A stretch of DNA of 17,429 nt from NCBI GenBank assembly GCA_046729835.1, contig JBKPHJ010000160.1:1-17429 (forward strand). Reading direction: 5' to 3'. Origin of the DNA: Thermoproteota archaeon. Its GTDB lineage: Archaea; Thermoproteota; Nitrososphaeria; Nitrososphaerales; Nitrososphaeraceae. Made by a program: the position numbers and the translations under genes. Shown piece by piece: positions 1 to 7,920 of this stretch (positions are counted from its first letter, which is position 1; every line of letters starts with the position of its first letter). The notes beneath the pieces are model-generated. The model was given only the letters and a program-made list of their open reading frames with translations. It searched no databases and was not told the origin of the DNA.

Positions 1-989
1 TCTATGATGTCGTCAACTTCTTGTCCTGTTCCTACAATCGTAACTTTCAAACCTACTTCTTTTTCGATCTTGTTGAGAAACGTCTTGGCCTCATCAGACA
101 AGCGCGAAAACTCTTTGACTCCAGCGTCGGAGGGAAAAAGGATGTCGAGCTTAGTTAGAGCGGCTTGTGTCGCGCTGTTCAGCATTGCCGCACGCTTGGC
201 CAATTCAAAATTAAAGGGAGAAGCGCGTCTTAGTCTTCCTGTCACGCTTCCGAATTCAGTCCACCCTTTCGCAGTAGTTTCCTCTTGTGGTAATTCTCCT
301 TCGAGAGGACCAGACCCGACTCTTGTAACGTAAGCTTTGTACACTATCATTACATCACTAACTTTTTTTGGTCCTATACCAATGTCTGCACAGATAGCAG
401 ATGCTGTAACATCCTTAGACGTGACATATGGATAGCTACCATGATAGAGTGAGAGGAACGTGCCCTGAGTACCTTCAACCAGAACAGTTTGATTACTATC
501 GATGGAGCGATTGACTGTGGTAGGGACATCTTGTAGATACTCAGAAAGTTGTACGGTATCTCTTGCGAGCCTGGCTATACGTAATGCTCTGTCTGCATTA
601 GCCGGGCCGGTTCCCGTCCCAGTTGTTCCTATTTTCTTGAGACTTGGATCGGCTGAATCTCTATGTATGTGAGGGCTTTCTATCAATGCACATTGAGGAT
701 CAACGAAGGTGCGGTCTTTGGTATGGAACCTCTCGATCTCCTCGAGGAGGATATTGACGTTGAGAAGTACCCCCGGACCAATCATGAGTCTGGTTTGGTC
801 ACTTAGCAATGCGCTGGGAAGCATTCGGGTCTTGTACACTCTGCCGTTGAAGACGACCGTATGCCCAGCATTTGGCCCTACTCCGCCTCGAACGGCCACG
901 TCGGCTTTATTAGTTTTAGCCAGATAGGCTACAATTTTCCCCTTCCCTTCGTCACCAAAAAACCCACCGACGATTACCGTGCAAGGCAT
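1..989 (-). CDS. purA: Adenylosuccinate synthetase (PurA), 3' end truncated by the left window edge. Start is the ATG at 987-989 on the minus strand.
   Basis: Manual minus-strand translation from 989 gives MPCTVIVGGFFGDEGKGKIVAYL ... GTTGTGTGPANADRALR ... LVEGTQGTFLSLYHGSYPYVTSKD. This matches the PurA P-loop GDEGKGK, the GTTGRGIGP motif and the VEGAQG...YPYVTSS motif. The ORF runs off the window, so it is absent from the ORF track. Confidence 0.85.
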   Translation of the reverse strand, partial: MPCTVIVGGFFGDEGKGKIVAYLAKTNKADVAVRGGVGPNAGHTVVFNGRVYKTRMLPSALLSDQTRLMIGPGVLLNVNILLEEIERFHTKDRTFVDPQCALIESPHIHRDSADPSLKKIGTTGTGTGPANADRALRIARLARDTVQLSEYLQDVPTTVNRSIDSNQTVLVEGTQGTFLSLYHGSYPYVTSKDVTASAICADIGIGPKKVSDVMIVYKAYVTRVGSGPLEGELPQEETTAKGWTEFGSVTGRLRRASPFNFELAKRAAMLNSATQAALTKLDILFPSDAGVKEFSRLSDEAKTFLNKIEKEVGLKVTIVGTGQEVDDII

Positions 990-1102
990 TTCTTACAATA
1001 ACACTATTTTCTTAGATATTTTAAGCAAGTGAATCCTTCTATTATCCAGCTCAGAATTCATTTCTTAATTAGTATCTCACTTCTTATTTAGTCTGGTAGG
1101 GT

Positions 1103-1579
1103 ATGAAGTACCGAGCTATGTCCAATGAACCGCAGAATACACAAGACATTATTATTATCCTGTCTAAACTCCCTGAATTCTTGCGTGAATCCATGATGAG
1201 AAGCAGGCTTCAAGAACTATGTGCATGCAATAGGGAGGCTAGGGACGAGATTATTGATTCTATATTAGCCGGTATGGCTTCTGCCGATATTAAATCCTTG
1301 ACCAAGGTGATTCGGACCTGGTTAGCGGTTGTTTCGGGATTAGAAAGTAAAGCTATTTCGACGATCTTTGAATCGTATATATATAGAGTAGGATGCGATC
1401 CTTCTTTGGTCGACAGCGTTTATTTTAGTATCCTTTTTGAGGCATTTCAAATTCTGGATACAAGCCGAAGAAATATTCTACGTGATTGTCTCATAGAAGC
1501 TATACTAAATCACCCAGCGGGTAGACAGATCATTTATCGCCTTCCTGAAAATGTCCTCTCAGCTCTAGCCTTAAGATAA
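1103..1579 (+). CDS. Hypothetical protein, 158 aa, predicted all-alpha, no recognisable motif.
   Basis: Clean ORF divergent from purA across a shared AT-rich promoter region (990-1102). Its 3' end overlaps the 3' end of the YggX-like gene by 9 nt (convergent). Confidence 0.45.
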   Translation: MKYRAMSNEPQNTQDIIIILSKLPEFLRESMMRSRLQELCACNREARDEIIDSILAGMASADIKSLTKVIRTWLAVVSGLESKAISTIFESYIYRVGCDPSLVDSVYFSILFEAFQILDTSRRNILRDCLIEAILNHPAGRQIIYRLPENVLSALALR

Positions 1580-1840
1580 ATCATCTTGTACCTTGGTATC
1601 AGGATTCTTTTGTAATTCTTCGGGTTTCTCAAGTCCAAAGAACATTTTTTCATGCTTGCGAAGTGCTTTCCTGTGTTCAGGAAGAGACATGTCAAGTCTT
1701 AGCTCATTCATTACCATTACTGAATAAGTGTTCCATTCTGACCAGCAAGCAGGGCACGATGGATATTTCTGGGATGTTGGATCTGTCACTGATGAATCAT
1801 CAAAACCTTTTCCACATTTTGCACATGTTTTGGACATCAA
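1571..1840 (-). CDS. YggX-like (Fe(II)-trafficking protein family) small protein with an extra N-terminal Cys4 cluster.
   Basis: The 89-aa translation aligns by eye to E. coli YggX: YPxxxxxxWSEW ... MVMNELRLDMSLPEHRKALRKHEKMFFG versus [54 protein letters not shown]. It additionally carries C-x2-C ... C-x2-C (CAKCG / CPAC). Confidence 0.5.
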   Translation of the reverse strand: MMSKTCAKCGKGFDDSSVTDPTSQKYPSCPACWSEWNTYSVMVMNELRLDMSLPEHRKALRKHEKMFFGLEKPEELQKNPDTKVQDDLS

Positions 1841-1958
1841 CCGAAGTTCAGCTACCGACTATTTTATTGTTTATTACAAGGATAGGAGAAGATTTAAATC
1901 CGAAATGCACGGAATCCTGCTAGACAGATGTATGATCTGTAGGGTACAAATAGCTCAG

Positions 1959-2156
1959 TTAATTTGGCCTTTTGCGATAACTGTGGAATTTCCTAATGTG
2001 ATCACGCATTTGTTCCATGCCAATATATTCGTGTCCGCAAGAATTGCATTTGTAAGAAAGGTCTGTTCCATGGGTTACTTGTTGATGTTGCATTAGCTCT
2101 TCAATTCTTCTAAATGACTTGCCGCATTCTTCGCACCTTTTTCTATTGAACTGCAA
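1959..2156 (-). CDS. Small C2H2 zinc-finger protein (two fingers), 65 aa.
   Basis: CEECGKSFRRIEELMQHQQVTH and CNSCGHEYIGMEQMRDHIRKFH both fit C-x2-C-x12-H-x4-H. Basic C-terminal tail. Same strand as, and adjacent to, the YggX-like gene. Confidence 0.6.
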   Translation of the reverse strand: MQFNRKRCEECGKSFRRIEELMQHQQVTHGTDLSYKCNSCGHEYIGMEQMRDHIRKFHSYRKRPN

Positions 2157-2329
2157 TTTGCTATTCCGCGTACCCCTCTTTTACTAAACATCGAGGACTA
2201 ATCGTTGATTTGCAACAGGTATCCATGTTATTAATCGTTCCTCATATTCGAAGCTATAATACTTTAATAACCATATCCAAACTCATAATATTTTAATAAA
2301 AGCTCATTGGTACCTTATTCACCCCATTT

Positions 2330-2674
2330 ATGAAAAAAATAGAGGCAGTCCTGCCGCATGCACGTGTGGAACTTGTTCTCTCTGTTCTGAAGGACATGGG
2401 AATAGGAGGACTTACGTATTACGAATCGAAAGGGAGAGGTCAAAACCCTCGTCCGCAGTTGCAGTCAGGGAGGGGCACGTCTACCTATACCCCCGAATTC
2501 AATCTCAATGCTACTCTTGTGGTTGTGGCCAAGGACGAAGTAGTTGATAATATATTGAATGCTATTCTGGAGAATTCCAGTACGGGGCTTAAGGGAGAAG
2601 GAAAGATTTTCATCTACGACCTAGACGATGCAGTAGATATAGGATCGAGAACCAGAGGCGAATCGGCAATATGA
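2330..2674 (+). CDS. glnB: Nitrogen regulatory protein P-II family (GlnB/GlnK-like) with an extended T-loop. Not adjacent to an amt gene.
   Basis: 114 aa. N-terminus MKKIEAVLPHARVELVLSVLKDMGIGGLTYYESKGRGQ and C-terminus GEGKIFIYDLDDAVDIGSRTRGESAI are diagnostic of P-II (B-loop GxGKIF, C-terminal RTGE..AI). The T-loop region GRGQNPRPQLQSGRGTSTYTPEF is longer than in canonical GlnB. Confidence 0.85.
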   Translation: MKKIEAVLPHARVELVLSVLKDMGIGGLTYYESKGRGQNPRPQLQSGRGTSTYTPEFNLNATLVVVAKDEVVDNILNAILENSSTGLKGEGKIFIYDLDDAVDIGSRTRGESAI

Positions 2675-2947
2675 AATCACTGCTTGCTGAACATATGTAA
2701 AAAATAACCTCTATTGATATCAATCAGCTATTCATACATCATCTTTCATGTAACCAATTATAGCAAGCTAGCTCCAGTAATTTCTTGACATCGGCACTGT
2801 GCAAGTATGCGGCTGACCTTGTTGAAAACAGATGCTAGGGATTGAATTGAATATTAGGAAATTAATCCTTGATTTGTTGGATAGATGCCACTAGGCTTGG
2901 TTGGGAAGTTGTTTCTCGCGCATATTGGAGGAGTCAATGAGTTAGCT

Positions 2948-3340
2948 TCAATTCTTGGCTCGCACTACTTTAATTCGCTCTAGCACCTTCCAATATTCTA
3001 CTTCACCTCCCTGCCTGATCTTGTCTCTCATTTCATCATCGGCGGCATCTGTTTCGAATACTTCGAAACTTTCCAGATCCATAATTTGTAAAGTCTTGCC
3101 AGAGATGGATATGATCTGTCCGCTCCGCTTGTCGATTAGTGGCACTTCAACATTAGCAGAGACAGGAGAAACCATACTGTGCTTGGAGCCATCAAAAACG
3201 CCCATTGCAGAGATCCTTGCCTTTGCAGATCCATGCTTTCCTGGCTTGCTGTGATCATAGGATACGATTCTACAAGGTTCATTATCAATTATAACATAAG
3301 ATCCTACCTTTAGGCTACCTAATTCCATAGGCTTGCTCAA
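2948..3340 (-). CDS. eif5A: Translation initiation factor 5A (aIF-5A / eIF-5A homologue).
   Basis: 130 aa containing the hypusination loop KPGKHGSAKARI (canonical TGKHGHAK). OB-fold-like C-terminus. Archaeal size. Confidence 0.9.
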   Translation of the reverse strand: MSKPMELGSLKVGSYVIIDNEPCRIVSYDHSKPGKHGSAKARISAMGVFDGSKHSMVSPVSANVEVPLIDKRSGQIISISGKTLQIMDLESFEVFETDAADDEMRDKIRQGGEVEYWKVLERIKVVRAKN

Positions 3341-3390
3341 TATCGATCAGGTATCAGGAATTTGTATGAGTATTTAATACTTCTGTTCAG

Positions 3391-3996
3391 CTATCTGAGT
3401 TGTTCAAGAATGGAAAAATTGAATAGGTTAGATAGAGACATCCCCTTTCTTATCGCGTCTCGTCTTGTCCTTTCACAATACCTTTGATCGCTCTGATGTG
3501 TGCGATCACCATCTATTTCAAGGATCAGTAAATTCCTCGAGTAAGGAAAGCAAAACCTAGGCTTCAATGAACATGAAACGTTCATTTCCGCAAGAGCAGC
3601 CTTTGTTACCCTGTCTCTCTTCGCGATCGTATTGGATAAGTCTATCAGTTCTTTCTGCCCGTAAGAATATCTCATGAAATAGATAGAGAGGTAGTTTAGC
3701 CGCTCGCATAAGCGCTCAAATAGAGTAGTGGTTATTTTAAACTCAAATACGGGTCTATCATATTGCGATGGTACCTCTGTGCTTTCCCCACCTTTGAAAT
3801 CATGCATGAATGATATCAAAATGTAGTGATTGGCTCGGCCGGGGAAATAAAGCATTGTTTCCTCGGTAAATGTCGCAGTAACAAAGTATACTCTTTTAAG
3901 CATGTCCAAGTTTCTCCATTTCTCCATGGCATTGTCGAGATTTGCATGATGCGGGATGCAAAGGTAGCTCTCCCAATTCTCTCCCCGGTGCTCCAA
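3391..3996 (-). CDS. Hypothetical protein, 201 aa. No confident family assignment (a weak sulfotransferase-like impression only).
   Basis: Long ORF on the same strand as, and upstream of, the GT2 gene. No motif I can name with confidence. Confidence 0.4.
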   Translation of the reverse strand: MEHRGENWESYLCIPHHANLDNAMEKWRNLDMLKRVYFVTATFTEETMLYFPGRANHYILISFMHDFKGGESTEVPSQYDRPVFEFKITTTLFERLCERLNYLSIYFMRYSYGQKELIDLSNTIAKRDRVTKAALAEMNVSCSLKPRFCFPYSRNLLILEIDGDRTHQSDQRYCERTRRDAIRKGMSLSNLFNFSILEQLR

Positions 3997-4102
3997 CCCA
4001 GTCCATTTCTAAAGTAGAAAGTATTTATATGCTACGAAATTTGGTTACTTTAAATCGGAACTTTCAACTAAAAATGTCAAATTTTCTTAAAACAAATGGT
4101 CA

Positions 4103-5002
4103 CTATTCATAATTCAACTCCTCCGAGTCTTTAGTAGATGTTGCAATTGCCCATTTATAGGAATTTACCCCATGAAGCCTTGTTCGGTAATACGGGAGGA
4201 GACAGAAACAGAATAGCGTACATAGTGCGTTCAGAGGGTAAGCACGAGCAGTTTGCACAGCTGCCACTATAATTGACCAAAGCGAGGCATTTATTTCCAA
4301 CCTCTTGAGCTCAGAATCAATTTGCTTGTGTCCATTCTTGGACCTCAACACTTGAGAGGCAAAATCCTGTAGCGTTGTTGGAGGTCTGAAATAGACTCTC
4401 GCCTTCTCCCTATATACAATGCCGTGTCCTAGCTCAATGACTTTACACTGCAAATACAGATCTATTGCAATGGTTTCCTTAGGAATTGCTATAGCTTTTG
4501 CCAGGTCTGAACGGATGGAAAGTGATCGTCCCATTACGGTGTACTGAGAAATTCTTTTCTTTCTGATAGCTCCTAACCAATTCGAAATGAATGATGCTGC
4601 CCTCGCTGCGATTGATTTTAGACTAAAACAGATAGGATTTGACGCGCAGAGGCCGATCTCTTCATTGATACCAGAAGCAAGCTCACTTAAACAGGAGTCA
4701 TCCGGCGACACGTCTGCATCAAAGAGAACAATGATGTCACCTGACGCTTCAGAGAATATTGCATTCCACGCGCATGCAGCCCCTCTTCTTTCATCCTCAT
4801 GTATCAACCGAATTTTTAGAGACGGGTTTTGACTGATAAATGTACTTAATATCTCAGGAGTCGAATCCGAGGAATGATCACAGACTATGATCTCTAAGAT
4901 TTGGGATTTATAGAGACGACTGTCCTGGTACAAGGACCTAATAAGTGAAATAATCTTGGTGCCCTCATTGTACGAAGGGATCCCTATTGTTACAGTGCGC
5001 AA
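4103..5002 (-). CDS. Family 2 glycosyltransferase (GT-A fold, GT2).
   Basis: N-terminus VTIGIPSYNEG...IVCDHSSDST...LFDADV matches the GT2 signature (SYNE, DxSxD, DAD/DxD). Confidence 0.8.
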   Translation of the reverse strand: MRTVTIGIPSYNEGTKIISLIRSLYQDSRLYKSQILEIIVCDHSSDSTPEILSTFISQNPSLKIRLIHEDERRGAACAWNAIFSEASGDIIVLFDADVSPDDSCLSELASGINEEIGLCASNPICFSLKSIAARAASFISNWLGAIRKKRISQYTVMGRSLSIRSDLAKAIAIPKETIAIDLYLQCKVIELGHGIVYREKARVYFRPPTTLQDFASQVLRSKNGHKQIDSELKRLEINASLWSIIVAAVQTARAYPLNALCTLFCFCLLPYYRTRLHGVNSYKWAIATSTKDSEELNYE

Positions 5003-5134
5003 TTTTCTGAACCGTTGTGAGATCGTCCCTACTTATTTAATACTTTTTTCGAAATCCAGCTGTCCTTCAGATGTATTCTGCGAGGTAAACACTATTACTA
5101 CTGATAATACCATAATCAATTGGAGTTAAGAATC

Positions 5135-5142
5135 ATATTATA
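5135..5142 (+). promoter_or_regulatory. Candidate archaeal TATA box (ATATTATA) for hemB, about 25 nt upstream of the in-frame ATG at 5167 (possible leaderless transcript).
   Basis: AT-rich octamer at the expected distance. Sequence-only guess. Confidence 0.25.
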
Positions 5143-5154
5143 GCCGAGCGGAAA

Positions 5155-6114
5155 GTGCTCAATGGTATGTCGTTAGCCATCTCAGATTTCATTATTCCTA
5201 TTCTCGTTTACGCAAGAGGGTCAGCACACGATATGATAGTCAATCAAAAAGATAGTCTGATCCTTATGGCGTCTACTGATACGGTTTGTTCAGTAGTGAA
5301 TGAATTAGTCAGGAAAGGGATCTCTGACATCCTGCTATTTGGGTTGCCCCGGAGAAGGAATGAATCTGGGACAGTGGCTGCCAGCGGGGTGGGAGCAGTC
5401 CAGCTTGCGGTAAAAAATATCAAACGGGCCTTCGGATCTTCTGTAAATGTTATAACAGACGTGTGCGTATGTCAGTATAACTTTTCTGGACATTGTGGAA
5501 TATTTGACAACAGGGGCCTTGTCGTAGATAACAATAAGTCACTTGATTTGCTTAAGGATATAGCGATCAGTCATGCGGAAAGTGGAGGCGATTGTGTCGC
5601 TCCGTCATCAATGATGGACGGACAGGTCTTTTCCATTAGACAAGCCCTTAACGAAGATGGTTACCATAAAGTCAAAATAATGTCATATTCCGCAAAACAT
5701 GCATCATCGTTGTATGGTCCGTTTAGGTCCTTGACATTTGACAAGAATGCTTCTGCGAAGAAAGTGCCACTAGATAAATTCTCCTACCAATTATCATATT
5801 CCAACAGGAGGGAAGCGATAAGAGAAATTTACCTCGATATCAATGAAGGAGCTGACATGGTGATGATCAAGCCTGCTCTATGGTACCTAGATCTGGTGCA
5901 TGAAGTGAAACAACTCATCGACCTTCCGTTGGTGGTTCAGGTTGTGTCTGGAGAATACTTGATGCTAGGAAAAGGCATTGATGAAAGTTTTAAATCCAGC
6001 AGAATTAATGGATTTATCACCTCATTACTCTCCATTAAGAGAGCAGGATCAGATAAGATAATTACTTACATCTCAATGGATCTACTTGGATACCTTGCCA
6101 AGGACCAATATTAG
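5155..6114 (+). CDS. hemB: Porphobilinogen synthase (delta-aminolevulinic acid dehydratase, HemB), Zn-type. The true start is probably the ATG at 5167 rather than the GTG at 5155.
   Basis: MSYSAKHASSLYGPFR (Schiff-base Lys region), MVMIKPALWYLD (second active-site Lys), VVSGEYLML (SGEY motif), SSMMDGQVFSIRQAL, and the Zn Cys triad DVCVCQYNFSGHCG. Confidence 0.85.
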   Translation: MLNGMSLAISDFIIPILVYARGSAHDMIVNQKDSLILMASTDTVCSVVNELVRKGISDILLFGLPRRRNESGTVAASGVGAVQLAVKNIKRAFGSSVNVITDVCVCQYNFSGHCGIFDNRGLVVDNNKSLDLLKDIAISHAESGGDCVAPSSMMDGQVFSIRQALNEDGYHKVKIMSYSAKHASSLYGPFRSLTFDKNASAKKVPLDKFSYQLSYSNRREAIREIYLDINEGADMVMIKPALWYLDLVHEVKQLIDLPLVVQVVSGEYLMLGKGIDESFKSSRINGFITSLLSIKRAGSDKIITYISMDLLGYLAKDQY

Positions 6115-6177
6115 ATTAAAGATTGGTGCTGAACGAAGCCTATATCAATTCTTCAGATTTCAAGAGCAGCATCACAA

Positions 6178-6185
6178 TTATATAT
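6178..6185 (+). promoter_or_regulatory. Candidate TATA box (TTATATAT) about 24-31 nt upstream of the tRNA-Tyr 5' end.
   Basis: Position and composition only. Confidence 0.3.
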
Positions 6186-6208
6186 GTTGAATTTAACGAT
6201 CGAATTAT

Positions 6209-6373
6209 CCCGCGGTAGCTCAGCCTGGTAGAGCTTTCGGCTGTAGATGTCGGCAATAGTTAGTGCTGACCACGTGAAGCAGCCTATCGGGCAAACATGA
6301 TGCAGTAACCGAAGAGTCGCAGGCTCAATCAACAATGCTTTTATGCATTTTGGGGCAAATCCTGCCCGCGGGA
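6209..6373 (+). tRNA. tRNA-Tyr: tRNA-Tyr (anticodon GTA) interrupted by two introns: a canonical 37/38 intron of about 61 nt (approx. 6247-6307) and a second intron of about 30 nt inside the T-loop (approx. 6327-6356).
   Basis: Read directly from the + strand. Acceptor CCCGCGG (6209-6215) pairs with CCGCGGG (6366-6372), discriminator A6373. D-arm GCTC/AGCCTGGTA/GAGC. Anticodon stem TTCGG(6236-40)/CCGAA(6309-13) with loop CTGTAGA (U33, GTA, G37). Variable loop GAGTC. T-stem GCAGG(6319-23)/CCTGC(6361-65) with T-loop CTCAAAT assembled across the second insertion. The spliced 75-nt product is near-identical in pattern to archaeal tRNA-Tyr (C1-G72 identity pair, A73). Confidence 0.7.
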
Positions 6374-6473
6374 TACAGTCTATAGATCGGAGACTTTACT
6401 TTCAAGATCATGTCGTAACCTTGCATGACAGGATTTTCAGCAGATATGATCTGCTTCAGGGATCAAATTCCAT

Positions 6474-6830
6474 TTAATGTTTACTTTCCCGCTCATCATT
6501 CTCCTTTATTATTTTCTCTAGCACACTTTTCTTGGAAATCATACGAGATCTTAAGCTCCTTAGTGTTCCTGAAATATCTATTACCACCATAGAATTTTCA
6601 TGATCAATTAAGGTAATCGCACATAGAACCTCGGTCAGGTACTCTGACCGACATCTTATAACATGTAGATCGGATCCCACTTTCTCTATTGTTTTCAAAA
6701 AGGCCTTCTGAGTTGTAACATTACCGAACATATCTACTGCCCTTTCTCTTGCTCGTTCTATCAGGTCAGTGGGTGGTAAACGACAAAGAATGGCAATGTA
6801 TCTGCGTTTGTATCTTCTTTTAAGCGTCAC
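6474..6830 (-). CDS. rnp2: RNase P protein component 2 (Pop5 / Rpp14 family).
   Basis: RRYIAILC ... HVIRCRSEYLTEVLCAI ... ISGTLRSLRSRM parallels archaeal Pop5 (NRYIAFEI ... GIVRCDREYVEYLRFAL ... VSGTIKRLKRK). Overlaps the upstream Rpp30 gene by 11 nt (6820-6830). Confidence 0.75.
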   Translation of the reverse strand: MTLKRRYKRRYIAILCRLPPTDLIERARERAVDMFGNVTTQKAFLKTIEKVGSDLHVIRCRSEYLTEVLCAITLIDHENSMVVIDISGTLRSLRSRMISKKSVLEKIIKENDERESKH

Positions 6831-7353
6831 AAGTATAGCACCTTGCGTTTATCTTGTATTCTAACCAACTGTTCAAATCTTTCCAATATGTTTCGGGTTT
6901 AATGTCACACAGATTGAGTAGAGCGTCGAAACATCGTCCTGATACTAATTCGAACATTGATGAGGCTCCACTAGTCAGTACCAGTTGGTTTCCGTATTTC
7001 TCTGTTAGTTTGTGAAGAGATTTAATGTGGGTAATTGCCTTTGCAAGAAGTTTACCATCACAGGTACGTAACTTGCTGACGGTAAGCTCGATGCCGAGTC
7101 TCTTGTTCGAGCAACTCCTTAACACGTCACCAAAATCGTGGTCATGAGCGCCGATCTCGAGTAAATCGACATCGTTTGAGACAATTTCGTGGTAGTTATT
7201 GGAATAGACTAAAAAAGGAAAAGTGGTTGAGAATACTGGTTTCTTCCTCAACAGGCATATTACATTTGCTCCAAAAGTATCTTCAGATTCAATACCAACC
7301 CTGTTCAAACCGAGTAGATCCTTGAATGATAGAATGCATGAGACATCACGCAT
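6820..7353 (-). CDS. rnp3: RNase P protein component 3 (Rpp30 family).
   Basis: 177 aa with ...KYGNQLVLTSGASSMFELVSGRCFDALLNLCDIKPE, resembling the conserved VPFVLTSGA...DLRSPRD region of archaeal Rpp30. Translationally coupled to Pop5 as in the conserved archaeal Pop5-Rpp30 gene pair. Confidence 0.65.
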   Translation of the reverse strand: MRDVSCILSFKDLLGLNRVGIESEDTFGANVICLLRKKPVFSTTFPFLVYSNNYHEIVSNDVDLLEIGAHDHDFGDVLRSCSNKRLGIELTVSKLRTCDGKLLAKAITHIKSLHKLTEKYGNQLVLTSGASSMFELVSGRCFDALLNLCDIKPETYWKDLNSWLEYKINARCYTCDA

Positions 7354-7367
7354 TCGTATGTGCAGAT

Positions 7368-7829
7368 CTAGTCGTTCGAATCTAAAAGCCTCCTATATTC
7401 ATTGTTATAATCATCCTTAATCCTACTGAAAAAAAGCTTAGGACTAAATTTTATCTTAATTGAATCCACCTCAGAAAGCTCGACCTTACCCTCGCAGACC
7501 TTTTGCTTGTCTACGCGGAGATGGAAATTGCCCTTATCATCGACGTGATCGTCCAAAGATTTGAGTAGTGATTCGCGATCATAGATGTCGAGAGATGAAA
7601 AGATAAAGGTGCTTAGATCTCTAGCCCGTTTTCCCTCGAGTCTGGCCTTAACCATATCAATATGATTACCCCAATGACCGATTAGTCTTGTAGAATTCAA
7701 CTCATGCTTGTCAGTACTAAGAAGGTCTGTAATTAGATTGAGCATCCTTTCTTTATCTTCAGTTGCATGAATTAAAAGGTTAATTTCTGCGCCAATTATA
7801 TGAAATGACCTGATCTGGTCCTTATGCAT
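7368..7829 (-). CDS. Small conserved-position ORF upstream of rpp30. Possibly the COG1325/DUF54-type predicted RNA-binding protein that precedes RNase P subunits in the archaeal exosome/RNase P superoperon. The assignment rests mainly on context.
   Basis: 153 aa, same strand, 14-nt gap to rpp30. I could not confirm any family motif from memory. Confidence 0.35.
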   Translation of the reverse strand: MHKDQIRSFHIIGAEINLLIHATEDKERMLNLITDLLSTDKHELNSTRLIGHWGNHIDMVKARLEGKRARDLSTFIFSSLDIYDRESLLKSLDDHVDDKGNFHLRVDKQKVCEGKVELSEVDSIKIKFSPKLFFSRIKDDYNNEYRRLLDSND

Positions 7830-7920
7830 CTATTTTCAATCTAGGATTATGTTTGGTATCAACAAAGAGTTACCAAGAAATTACTCTAAAGTTCCCTAGA
7901 GAAAAGTGCTGAAACCGCTT

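Noticed and set aside
4-927. Plus-strand ORFs 4-333 and 709-927.
   Set aside because: They lie antisense inside the well-supported minus-strand purA gene and give low-complexity Ser/Pro/Arg-rich translations typical of antisense frames.
1663-2096. Plus-strand ORFs 1663-1923 and 1728-2096.
   Set aside because: They overlap the minus-strand YggX-like and C2H2 genes, which carry recognisable motifs. The plus-strand products have none.
2955-3254. Plus-strand 99-aa ORF.
   Set aside because: Antisense to aIF-5A, whose hypusine loop makes the minus-strand call secure.
3826-4832. Plus-strand ORFs 3826-4017 and 4587-4832.
   Set aside because: Antisense to the 201-aa ORF and the GT2 gene respectively. 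They are short, with no motifs.
6153-6335. Minus-strand 60-aa ORF.
   Set aside because: It overlaps the tRNA-Tyr exons and intron, and the tRNA structure explains the region better.
7223-7420. Plus-strand 65-aa ORF.
   Set aside because: Antisense across the rpp30 start and the intergenic spacer. No support.
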